IMG/VR virus record: IMGVR_UViG_3300009709_000001
Location: 32,001-96,000 of that record
Direction: 5' to 3' (one strand)
DNA length: 64,000 bases
Source: a virus
Lineage: Duplodnaviria > Heunggongvirae > Uroviricota > Caudoviricetes
Shown in pieces: positions 55,739-64,000 of this stretch; positions within the stretch are counted from its first letter, which is position 1; every line of letters starts with the position of its first letter. Position numbers and translations under genes: made by a program. The notes beneath the pieces are model-generated. The model did not search any database. It was not told where the DNA came from and saw only the letters and a program-made list of their open reading frames with translations.

Positions 55739-57052
55739 TTATAGGAAGTTAAAATCAAAACGATCGAAGAATGTACTCAGGTCAGTACACTCACGAATTT
55801 CTTTTGGCGCAGACTTTGTTTCTTCAATAATTTGAAGATTCTCAAGAACTTGGACGAGAACGGCCTTTTCAAAGTCGTTGACGATGCCTTCCTTGCAAAG
55901 CTTGGTTCCAACCTTGTTAACGAAGCCAGCAAGTTCATCATTTTCAACGATGCGCAATGCCAATTCATTAATTTTGAATCCTAGACGAGCATTTTCGCTT
56001 GCGAATTCAAACATTGGTGTAATATTTATCGATTCACGACGGACCAATATTGGATTTGCGGCAGATTCTTCAATACGCTTGAGGTAGGTATCTTTCTCTT
56101 GAACGAGCTGTTTTACGATAGGAAGAACTTCTTCAAACTTTTCATCGAAACGACGAATGGTAAAAAGTTCCTTCAAATTAGAAGTATCATCTTCAGATAG
56201 CTGTTCACGTTCAAAAGTTTCGATACGAGCCTTCACAGTTTCGTAAGTCTTCGAACCTTGCAACTTTCTAATCTCTGTACGTAGAGTTTCGATGTTCTCT
56301 TTAATAGTTTCGACAATGCCGGAACTATCTTCATTAATGAGTTTGTTGGTTGTCACATAGCGGTTGAAAGACTGGAGCTTCAAAAGTTGGCCAGTGCTTT
56401 CTGTAATATAGCCGCCTACCTTATCGGTCATTAGACCACCGTGCGCCATATGTTGTGCCATAGCTCGAGCGCCGGGTAGGTAATTGTGTGGGAAACGGAA
56501 ACGCTCGCCATTGCACTCTAGGAAGATTGCACTGATCTGGCGTGTTCTAGATCCACGAATATTTTCGTCGATTGGAGTCTTGTGTTTAACAAGGATTCTT
56601 ACGTTCTCGAGTGTCTGCTGAGAAGTTCTTGCAGTACCGAACATTTTGCTTAGACTTTCTGAGAGTGTATTCATATCATTTCCAATACTTTTTTCCATCA
56701 TTGCACCAGCTCCTGCAGACTTATTCTTCGCACCGTAAGAAAAGTGACGAGGCTGAATTTCCTTTCCAAAAACCTTGGTATCGAAATTCATCAAGAATTC
56801 GTTTGCAAGATTTCTAATGTTTTTCTGCAGAGCGGTAATCTCTTCATTCTCTACAGATGATCCTTTGCTGAAAGCAATCTCATTTCCTTCTTCATCAATG
56901 GTAACCATAAGGTTAGGTTCATTGATGAAAAATCTGCGAGCGGTGCTTGGGTCTGTTGTTTCAGATCCAATATCATCGAAGATCTTAATTTGTAAACCGT
57001 TACCTTTTAGCAACGCAAAGATCTTATTCGCAAGAGTTTCGATTTCGACCAT
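55739..57052 (-). CDS. late hypothetical protein
   Basis: RTRQISAIFLE..GERFR...GARAMAQH; late motif at 57068-57075. Confidence 0.75.
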   Translation of the reverse strand: MVEIETLANKIFALLKGNGLQIKIFDDIGSETTDPSTARRFFINEPNLMVTIDEEGNEIAFSKGSSVENEEITALQKNIRNLANEFLMNFDTKVFGKEIQPRHFSYGAKNKSAGAGAMMEKSIGNDMNTLSESLSKMFGTARTSQQTLENVRILVKHKTPIDENIRGSRTRQISAIFLECNGERFRFPHNYLPGARAMAQHMAHGGLMTDKVGGYITESTGQLLKLQSFNRYVTTNKLINEDSSGIVETIKENIETLRTEIRKLQGSKTYETVKARIETFEREQLSEDDTSNLKELFTIRRFDEKFEEVLPIVKQLVQEKDTYLKRIEESAANPILVRRESINITPMFEFASENARLGFKINELALRIVENDELAGFVNKVGTKLCKEGIVNDFEKAVLVQVLENLQIIEETKSAPKEIRECTDLSTFFDRFDFNFL

Positions 57053-57080
57053 AATATTCCTTTCGCTTATTTATCTGTAA

Positions 57081-58655
57081 TCAGATGAAAACAGGCATCG
57101 GCGCATCATAGTTACCTTCGTCGTCCCCGATCACGCTGCTATTTATGGCAGCCTGTGACTTATCATCCCAAGTCGAGATATAGTCGATCATACGAACAGC
57201 AAGAATCATAGCCATAATCAAGTCGTCAGTTTGTCCAATGCGCGCTTCGAAAGTATTACCTCTCGATACGAAGACTTTAAGTTCCGACAAGATACCCTTC
57301 GAATTTAATCTCATGCGGTTAGATTCGATAAGGAATTTCAATTTAGCACAAGCTTCGAGTTTAGACTTGTTAGTTGTGACAAATCCGGCACGACGACCAG
57401 TCTTACCCTGTAATCTGTTCTTAGGATCGTGAAGCATGGTTCCATGGAACGATTCTTCACCTGTATCACGAATAACAACAAGAGCAGCTTCACCGAGTGT
57501 GTTACTTTCAACCGACCAGTAAATTTCAGGTTTACCATTTTCGTGCAATTCTTGAAGAATCTTACGCATGGTACGAATTTGTTCTTCAATGGGAGCCTTG
57601 TTATTACTCCATTCTGCGACCTGATTTAACGACGGTAATTCGAGAACTTGAATTGCAGCATTGTCACCGCCGGTTCCCAAAGATGGATCCAACGAAACAA
57701 CATAAGTTGCACTCGGATTAATAGGTGCAAACCAACGAACCTGACCACTCTTACGAATAGGCTGAATAGAACTGAGCTGTGCAAGCTTAATCGGATTAAT
57801 AAGAGTTTCTTCAAAGGTAATGAATTCGCAATTGTGTTCACGCAAGAAACGATCTTCGCCAAGTGCGGCCATTTCAGAATCGGCCCAGGCCTGATCTCTA
57901 TCAGGGTGAGCACTCCAGGTTGTAATGAATGGACGGAATCCATTCTGTCCTAGCTCGGTTTCATTGCCCAATGCATCGACTTGTCTATTAGCGCCAAACC
58001 AAATATCAGCAAACTGATCTTCGTCGGTATTTGGAGTAGAAGTAATAATACACTTACCACCAGTAGACAGAGTAGGAGATAGTGAAGTCCAGAATTCTTT
58101 TGCGATATTTGGTTCCACGAACGCAAATTCGTCAAGATAGACTAGGGAAAGCGACATACCACGACCGGTATTTTCAGTTGTGGTTGTTGCAACGATACGA
58201 GAACCGTTGTCAAAGTCGATCGAACGCTTGTTATAGGTTTTCGCACCTGCACGAATGTGGTCGGGCACACATTCATATGCATAACGAACTCGGTGCATAA
58301 TTTCCTGAGCACCGTCATACTTATTGGATGCAATCAAAATAGTCGAGTCTTCGACAAACATTGCATACCACAAAAGGTAACCGGACGCAACAGTGGTCTT
58401 ACCCAACTGGCGTCCAAGCATGTTAATCGATTTTCTATATTTTGTGTAATTTTCTAGAAGTGCGATTTGGTAATCAAAAAGCTGAAGTTTCTGTTTACCT
58501 TTCGTTGCGTGCTGGACATACATGAAATTTTGAATGAAGTACAAAGGACCGGTTATAGGATCCATGCACGCCTTCAGCTCGTCGATTTGCTCCTTTGTGT
58601 AGGTAACCTTCGAGTATGCACGCTTTACGAGTTTATCGTCCTGATAAATTGCCAT
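57081..58655 (-). CDS. terL: terminase large subunit (gp17-like)
   Basis: LFDYQ, RQLGKT, LDEFAF, ITSTPN; nuclease domain LDPS.G.G.D and DDLIMA. Confidence 0.96.
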   Translation of the reverse strand: MAIYQDDKLVKRAYSKVTYTKEQIDELKACMDPITGPLYFIQNFMYVQHATKGKQKLQLFDYQIALLENYTKYRKSINMLGRQLGKTTVASGYLLWYAMFVEDSTILIASNKYDGAQEIMHRVRYAYECVPDHIRAGAKTYNKRSIDFDNGSRIVATTTTENTGRGMSLSLVYLDEFAFVEPNIAKEFWTSLSPTLSTGGKCIITSTPNTDEDQFADIWFGANRQVDALGNETELGQNGFRPFITTWSAHPDRDQAWADSEMAALGEDRFLREHNCEFITFEETLINPIKLAQLSSIQPIRKSGQVRWFAPINPSATYVVSLDPSLGTGGDNAAIQVLELPSLNQVAEWSNNKAPIEEQIRTMRKILQELHENGKPEIYWSVESNTLGEAALVVIRDTGEESFHGTMLHDPKNRLQGKTGRRAGFVTTNKSKLEACAKLKFLIESNRMRLNSKGILSELKVFVSRGNTFEARIGQTDDLIMAMILAVRMIDYISTWDDKSQAAINSSVIGDDEGNYDAPMPVFI

Positions 58656-60232
58656 TATTTCTTCAGATTAGGCTTCTTACCATCTTTGGCTTTTTCGCCC
58701 TTCTCTGCCTTCTTTTCCTCTTTAGGTTCTTCGCCTTTTTTGGCCTTTTCACCCTTCTTAGGCTTTTGAGATGCGGTTTCCTTTAGATAGGTTCTGTAAC
58801 CGTAAACCAATTCTTTATGTAGCTCGGTAACTTGCATCTTCTTCTGTTCTGGATTGTCACCCTGACGTGCGCCGGATGGGCCAACCTTCTTAACAACAGG
58901 ACTATCCGCACCATTAGGGAAATAGTCTTGACCAGATGCATATTGCTCGCTATCGTAACCATTGTTCAAGTCAAAATCTTCTTCCATTGCACATGCAATA
59001 TCTGCGCTTGCTGGATTAGACTGCCGGCATGTATCTACTTGTGCTTCTTTCATTTCATTACCTTCTAAATCGACAAACATTCCTGCTTCGTCACGGATAC
59101 CGTTTTCGAAACTATAAAGTCTCGGATTGCGTTTATACCATTCCATAAAGTGGGCGTGTCTTTGAGCTTCGCCGAGGCTATCGAAAGGACCAGATGCAAT
59201 CATGCCATCTTGTGCAACAATAAACCATCCTTGCTCTGTACCAAGATCTTGATCAGGATGCAATTCAATTGCCTCATCAGTTTCATGTTTGCCATGTTTC
59301 TTATCATAGATTGACCATGCTGTAGCAAATGCCTTTTCGGGATGACCAGGGTATTCTTTCTTGATGTCCTTCACAGCCTTTTCCATTCCCGGAGGAGCCT
59401 TTTCATACACTCCCGGGCTGTCGTCGTGATTTAGCCCTAGCATCATATCTTCATCGCCTTCAATTCCCGAATTGTTACCCTTAACACCGTCTGGGAGAGT
59501 TTCACCTTGATCAAACCATTCAAGATACGCGTCAAGTTCGGGTACCTGCTTTGAACCAATAATACCACCGGCTAACGCACTGTCCTTTGTTTCTTGTTTT
59601 GCCTTATCGGGAAAAGCACTTCGACTGAGCATACGAGTATAGAGAGTAGCAATTGCATCTTTCTGCCAGGCACTAAATGAGCTATTAGGTGAATCTACGC
59701 CATCTTCACTTACTTTTCCCTTACCGTGCTTCTTGTCATAGATCGACCATGCAGTGGCAAAAGCCTTTTCTTCATGACCGGGATATTCTTTCTTCAGACT
59801 CTTAACGAGTGCTTCTTCGCCTGGAGGTGCCTTTTCGGCAACACCTTGCTTCTTGGCAAGAACACCCTTGACGAATTCGTCAACGTTTCTAACTCTCCAA
59901 TCAGCCTGCGATTTAGGTACACGGATTACCAAGACCTTCTGGCCTTGATTTCTCAGAGATTGTGCTTCAAGGCGTGCATCTTCTGCATCGTCCGCATCAA
60001 ACTGGTGTCCCCAAGTGTCGGTTGCTGGATCGTAATAGAAAACCGAATGATACATCGGTTCACGCTTTGCTTCATCGACTGCAGGTTGTGAAGAATCAAA
60101 GCCAGAATAAGCCTGATCTCTACCAACAGTTCCGGCAGTTTGCATATCCGATTCTGTGCCGCCAGGGCTTCCAACTCCTGGAACGGCCATTACGCCTTCC
60201 ATAAGTTTAATCATATCTCTCATTGATTTCAT
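58655..60232 (-). CDS. late modular protein with internal duplication (putative internal head polyprotein)
   Basis: MKSMRDMIKLME N-terminus; duplicated module; many X-X-E sites. Confidence 0.75.
   Translation of the reverse strand: MKSMRDMIKLMEGVMAVPGVGSPGGTESDMQTAGTVGRDQAYSGFDSSQPAVDEAKREPMYHSVFYYDPATDTWGHQFDADDAEDARLEAQSLRNQGQKVLVIRVPKSQADWRVRNVDEFVKGVLAKKQGVAEKAPPGEEALVKSLKKEYPGHEEKAFATAWSIYDKKHGKGKVSEDGVDSPNSSFSAWQKDAIATLYTRMLSRSAFPDKAKQETKDSALAGGIIGSKQVPELDAYLEWFDQGETLPDGVKGNNSGIEGDEDMMLGLNHDDSPGVYEKAPPGMEKAVKDIKKEYPGHPEKAFATAWSIYDKKHGKHETDEAIELHPDQDLGTEQGWFIVAQDGMIASGPFDSLGEAQRHAHFMEWYKRNPRLYSFENGIRDEAGMFVDLEGNEMKEAQVDTCRQSNPASADIACAMEEDFDLNNGYDSEQYASGQDYFPNGADSPVVKKVGPSGARQGDNPEQKKMQVTELHKELVYGYRTYLKETASQKPKKGEKAKKGEEPKEEKKAEKGEKAKDGKKPNLKK
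59290..59840 (-). repeat. duplicated ~38-codon module
   Basis: EKAPPG....K..KKEYPGH.EKAFATAWSIYDKKHGK at about 59720-59840 and about 59290-59405. Confidence 0.85.
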
Positions 60233-60903
60233 AGTAGACCTACCTTTAATAGATTAGGCTTCTTAATTCTACCAAAGAAACCGACTGCATCTGTCTTAAG
60301 ATTCTTCGGATCGTTGAATCCATCGTAACCCTTAGGCAAAGTCGAATGATCAACAGATTGATCAGGAATCAAAGAATTCGTAACAGTGACTGTATCACGT
60401 TCTTTACGAACTTGTTCGAGTTCCTTCAAGAAACCAGTGTTATACTTTTCACCGTATTTTTCCTCTTCTGCACCAGGGACTTGTTCATAGTCGCTTCCGA
60501 GACGAGTCTTGTACTTCGCCTTGTATTCTGGGGAGTTACGGTCGATATACAAATCTGTCTCGATCTGACGTGGATCGTTCGAAGAATACACTGCGAGTTG
60601 TGCAGGGGAAATTCCGAGATTGTTACAGATGTAAGTTCTTAGGAAATCAAGACTTGCCGGATATGCCAAAGTAATATCACAGATATAAACCGATGTATTC
60701 TTTACGTTTGGAAAATCGAGTGGACTTTCTTGAATAGGTGTTTTTCTAAAAGCGGAAGCTTGCTTCAATTGATACTTGGTAAGGCAAGCTTCAAGCATAT
60801 CAACTCGTGCATCTTCCATTTCGTTAACGGCGAATTTCAAGACGTACTTGTAATCGGTCTTGACTTCTGCAACGTAGGATGCGAATGATTTGTTTTCTGA
60901 CAT
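60229..60903 (-). CDS. late hypothetical protein
   Basis: Start re-called at MSENKSFASYVAE; KTPIQESPLDFP; late motif at 60924-60931. Confidence 0.75.
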   Translation of the reverse strand: MSENKSFASYVAEVKTDYKYVLKFAVNEMEDARVDMLEACLTKYQLKQASAFRKTPIQESPLDFPNVKNTSVYICDITLAYPASLDFLRTYICNNLGISPAQLAVYSSNDPRQIETDLYIDRNSPEYKAKYKTRLGSDYEQVPGAEEEKYGEKYNTGFLKELEQVRKERDTVTVTNSLIPDQSVDHSTLPKGYDGFNDPKNLKTDAVGFFGRIKKPNLLKVGLL

Positions 60904-60922
60904 AGATGTCTCCAATATTGGA

Positions 60923-61429
60923 CTATTTATCAGAGTTTTCCGATCTAGAGGCCACTAAATGTCGTAGCAATTCGTTACGATCGAATTCTCCACCAGAAGG
61001 ATTGGTACTCTTTCCATTACCATTCTCAAAATCGATCTGTTCAGCACGGATTTTCTTGAGTTGAAGTTCGATTAGTTTAAGTTTTTTGTCGGCCTTTGCA
61101 TTCTTTGCTTCGAGTGCTGTCTTAAGCATTTGACCGGCAACTTCAAAGATCTTACCAGCATGCATATCCGGAACATTACCACCTAGCGAAACTAAGTCTT
61201 CGAATGTCTGAACTGCCTTCTTTGCAATATCATCCATTTCGTAGTCATGTGTATCGAGCCCAACAACCATCGGCAATGCTGCGTCAACCTTTTCTGTTGT
61301 GCTTAGAGAAGAGTAAATGGCAGAAGCTTCCGTCATTAATTCGTCTTTAGTCTTCGCAGGAACAATTTCTTCCGGCTCGGGTTCATCCATAGGCGGTAAA
61401 TTAAAAAATTCTTCCATTTTGCGCGTCAC
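60923..61429 (-). CDS. putative terminase small subunit (gp16-like)
   Basis: Helical; GKIFEVAGQMLK resembles the gp16-like RAYEV motif; C-terminal DRNELL. Confidence 0.55.
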   Translation of the reverse strand: MTRKMEEFFNLPPMDEPEPEEIVPAKTKDELMTEASAIYSSLSTTEKVDAALPMVVGLDTHDYEMDDIAKKAVQTFEDLVSLGGNVPDMHAGKIFEVAGQMLKTALEAKNAKADKKLKLIELQLKKIRAEQIDFENGNGKSTNPSGGEFDRNELLRHLVASRSENSDK

Positions 61430-62088
61430 ACCAATATCTCCTTGTCCATCCAGGCTCGTTTACCGTCTACTAACTGCCATGTTCGACCTTTATTTTTGGC
61501 TGCATTAGTCAATAGATGTCCGTTATCTCTTTTATTGGCTGCTATGCTTTTGTTTTTCTTAGCGGACATGGAATCTTTTGTTCCAGTTCTTGTTTTACTT
61601 ATCTTTGCTGCGCGCTTTTCTGTGTATGTATCCAGGGCACAGCATGAATTCAACATTCGATCTTTCATTTCTTTGGCCGACAATGTCGATAAGGTCTTTT
61701 TCATTCCACCCGAAATAAGATTTCGTGATTCGACAGATTGAGAAATATTATATGGTTTGTGTCCTAATTGTGACTCAACAAACAATTGCTTGCCTAATTC
61801 GTAGAACCTTGAATTAGGTTTATATCTATTCTCATTTCCGTTGCACATTCTCCAATATGCATAATTCATCTTTTTCTTAAATGCTGGATAAACCGCCTTA
61901 ACCAGAAGAAGATGACAAACGAAATGTTCCCTTGCTGTCAATGACACCAGATTTCCGACAGAATTTTTACCGCCCAAAGATTTAGGAATCACATGATGTT
62001 TTTCGAAATACCCATTTAGGTCTCTAAGTTTCGCTTTCTCAATGATTCTAAAATACCACCTGGTATATTTATTTTGCTGAAAAATCAC
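61426..62088 (-). mobile_element. free-standing HNH homing endonuclease
   Basis: NKYTRWY...EKHHVIPKSLGG...NLV.LTAREHFVCH. Confidence 0.88.
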
Positions 62089-62525
62089 GCTTTCCTCCTT
62101 GGATCATTATAGATATTCTCTTCATTCATTACTCTAAATTTCATGCCATGACTCTGAGCGAATGCATGTGCGGCTGCCCATTTGAACTGGTTTAGGGCCA
62201 CCGCAGCTTTCGCCTTTTCAGATTTCGCCTTTTCTAAAAATGTTTCCTTAGATGGTTTTACCTCGATAATTTCTGCGTTGGTCTTTCCGTTAGCATCCAT
62301 GTATGTAACGACAAAGTCCGGTATATAGACCGTGTATTTATTCGTGAATGGATTTTGGTAAGGGATTTTCAGGGACTCGGATGCCCAGCTAATGATGTTT
62401 GGATTAGTATCAAACATCACCATAACCTTATGTTCCCAAGAAGATCTAAAAAATATAGGATAGGTTCCTACATATTTGGCTGGATTGATAGGCTTATACT
62501 CGCCTTGGACATAACTTCTAGGCAT
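62085..62525 (-). CDS. head completion nuclease (gp4-like)
   Basis: NPAKY.G, RSSWE, WASE..IPY, YIPDF, IEVKP. Confidence 0.9.
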   Translation of the reverse strand: MPRSYVQGEYKPINPAKYVGTYPIFFRSSWEHKVMVMFDTNPNIISWASESLKIPYQNPFTNKYTVYIPDFVVTYMDANGKTNAEIIEVKPSKETFLEKAKSEKAKAAVALNQFKWAAAHAFAQSHGMKFRVMNEENIYNDPRRKA

Positions 62526-62526
62526 A

Positions 62527-63000
62527 TTATGTTCTTATTTCTCTTGCTTGTAGGCTATACCTGTTATCTACAGCAGTTACAATGCCGACCTGATTTCCGG
62601 GATCGCGAAGCATATTAAAGGAACGGTATGCATCAGCCGTAAAAGCTAACTGACCATTGTTTTCCGATTGTTCAAGCAAAGATTGTACCGAAATTCCCAA
62701 GATATTAGCCATGTCAATTGCAAGTCCTGTCATGGCATCGGCATAGACTACGGTTGCACCTCTTGACAAGAAGTAGCATCTAGTCGAGTTATAGACATTA
62801 GATGAATAATTGCCTACAACTCCACCACCTAAATCGGATTGTGAGAGTGAATCTGGACTCGGAAATACTGTAGGACCGGATGCATACTTGTAGGTATTGG
62901 AAATCGATCCATTGGTTGATTTAACGGTACGCTGTGTGCCCAGATACGTAAGCATCTGGGAACTGAAACGTCCTATTGATGCAAGGTTTGAATTAGCCAC
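62527..63000 (-). CDS. hypothetical morphogenesis-cluster protein
   Basis: Coupled ORF. Confidence 0.7.
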   Translation of the reverse strand: MANSNLASIGRFSSQMLTYLGTQRTVKSTNGSISNTYKYASGPTVFPSPDSLSQSDLGGGVVGNYSSNVYNSTRCYFLSRGATVVYADAMTGLAIDMANILGISVQSLLEQSENNGQLAFTADAYRSFNMLRDPGNQVGIVTAVDNRYSLQAREIRT

Positions 63001-64000
63001 TTGTGCCTCCTGTTCTATTCACATCCTGATACATTGTGGTACCTCGTCCAGCAGACGATGCGAAAGGTCGTGTTTGAACAGAAGGAGCATTTGTAGGATA
63101 ATATGGTGTGGGTGAAATCTTTGCCAATCCATCCAATGCACTGGATGTAACTCGTCTAACTACCTTGTCAGATAGGAATGCACCAGTGGTTGCACCAATT
63201 GTGGATTGTACATTCTTACCAATTCTTTGCAGAATAGGATTATCGGATGTTAGCAATGGATTATTAGACTCGATAAAGTCGATTAATTGCGCATTGAACG
63301 CTAGAGAAGGCAATTCCAGGAATTCGCCATGTTCAAAAGGTTCCATCGAGGAATTGTTGTTGACTTCTCCACCACCAAGTTTCAAGTTTTGAATGGTGTA
63401 GTAGGCATATTCATATTCGAAGGTAAATGTCAATTCGAGTGTTCTGCTACCTTCGGCATAATTCAATACATCGTGAGTGAATGCTGCAACACGTGGATTA
63501 ACCAAAGTAACCTGGTTAAATCTACCACCGTGTACCTGATAGATGTCAATTGTCTGGATTAGATTACGAATATTACCGACCTGTGGTAGATTGAAACCAA
63601 AGCGATGGTTATCAATTGTATCAGATACGATATTACTCAATGCTTTCTTATCACCGACAGAATTCACCGGAGAATTTGCACCAGTCGGTGCATTACTTTG
63701 GAACAAATCTTTTACACTAGCCGGCAAACTAGCAAGTGCCGGATTAAGTTTCGGAATAAAATTCTCTATAGCGAAGGTTTTGTTCTTCTGCTGAGTATTC
63801 TTTGCCTCGTTGATACCGGGTTCTGTACCGTCACCAAAATAGTATCGATAGTACATATCCCAAAACTTCAAGGTCTTGCCATCGGCAACATCGTGGAATA
63901 CCATCTTAATCGGTTCAAACTGAATCTTCGTCTGGCTTAGACGCTTTCGATTGTACTGATTGAGCGGAGTAGTTTCAATCTTCATAGCTGGCATGTCAAC
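62993..64000 (-). CDS. tail-tube/baseplate-like (gp19/gp54 fold) protein, 5' end outside window
   Basis: P....E....NQYNRKR....KI.FEPI...FHD...W...Y; L.NP......D.L.Y......L..TF.YE. Confidence 0.6.
   Translation of the reverse strand, partial: VDMPAMKIETTPLNQYNRKRLSQTKIQFEPIKMVFHDVADGKTLKFWDMYYRYYFGDGTEPGINEAKNTQQKNKTFAIENFIPKLNPALASLPASVKDLFQSNAPTGANSPVNSVGDKKALSNIVSDTIDNHRFGFNLPQVGNIRNLIQTIDIYQVHGGRFNQVTLVNPRVAAFTHDVLNYAEGSRTLELTFTFEYEYAYYTIQNLKLGGGEVNNNSSMEPFEHGEFLELPSLAFNAQLIDFIESNNPLLTSDNPILQRIGKNVQSTIGATTGAFLSDKVVRRVTSSALDGLAKISPTPYYPTNAPSVQTRPFASSAGRGTTMYQDVNRTGGTSG

Noticed and set aside
12981-62088. Group I introns around the endonucleases, or inteins in nrdA, helicase, uvsX and terL
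   Set aside because: There is no non-coding room for ribozyme cores. Flanking genes are complete, of normal length, and lack intein splice motifs.
1-64000. Alternative genetic code (TAG or TGA reassignment)
   Set aside because: Conserved genes are uninterrupted in code 11. nrdA ends at TAG just after its C-terminal CxxC, and thyA ends at TGA after MAV.

Overview
A 64-kb segment of a large lytic dsDNA tailed phage of the T4 superfamily. The gene set (terL/terS, gp4, gp32, UvsX/Y/W, gp41 helicase, primase, mini-DnaE, bS21, ClpX/ClpS) resembles GAP32/Rak2-type jumbo myophages, and near-consensus sigma70 promoters and host-like genes point to a proteobacterial host. Almost all genes are on the minus strand and use the standard code. 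The left part (1-23 kb) is accessory and metabolic: partial DNA ligase, vWA peptidase, SOD, SufD-like protein, ClpS, frameshifted metacaspase, a secreted-protein cluster, bS21, ClpX, queD/folE, thyA, cell-wall hydrolase, NAD salvage and a phosphatase. It is followed by nrdAB, a late virion block (28-41 kb), replication/recombination genes (41-56 kb) and packaging/morphogenesis genes (57-64 kb). Eight free-standing homing endonucleases are present. Two promoter classes are readable: sigma70-type and a T4-late-like (G/C)ATAAATA motif. The most unusual signals are: a tRNA-Lys(CUU) scaffold with a 73-nt D-loop and 13-nt T-loop; a shared leader architecture before both NAD-salvage genes; an endonuclease that split the dnaE-like gene and supplies a recoded N-terminus; a three-gene Sec-secreted, fibre-like cluster behind a 32-bp perfect palindrome; and a pseudoknotted leader before folE-queD. 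All calls come from motif recognition by eye, with no database searches.
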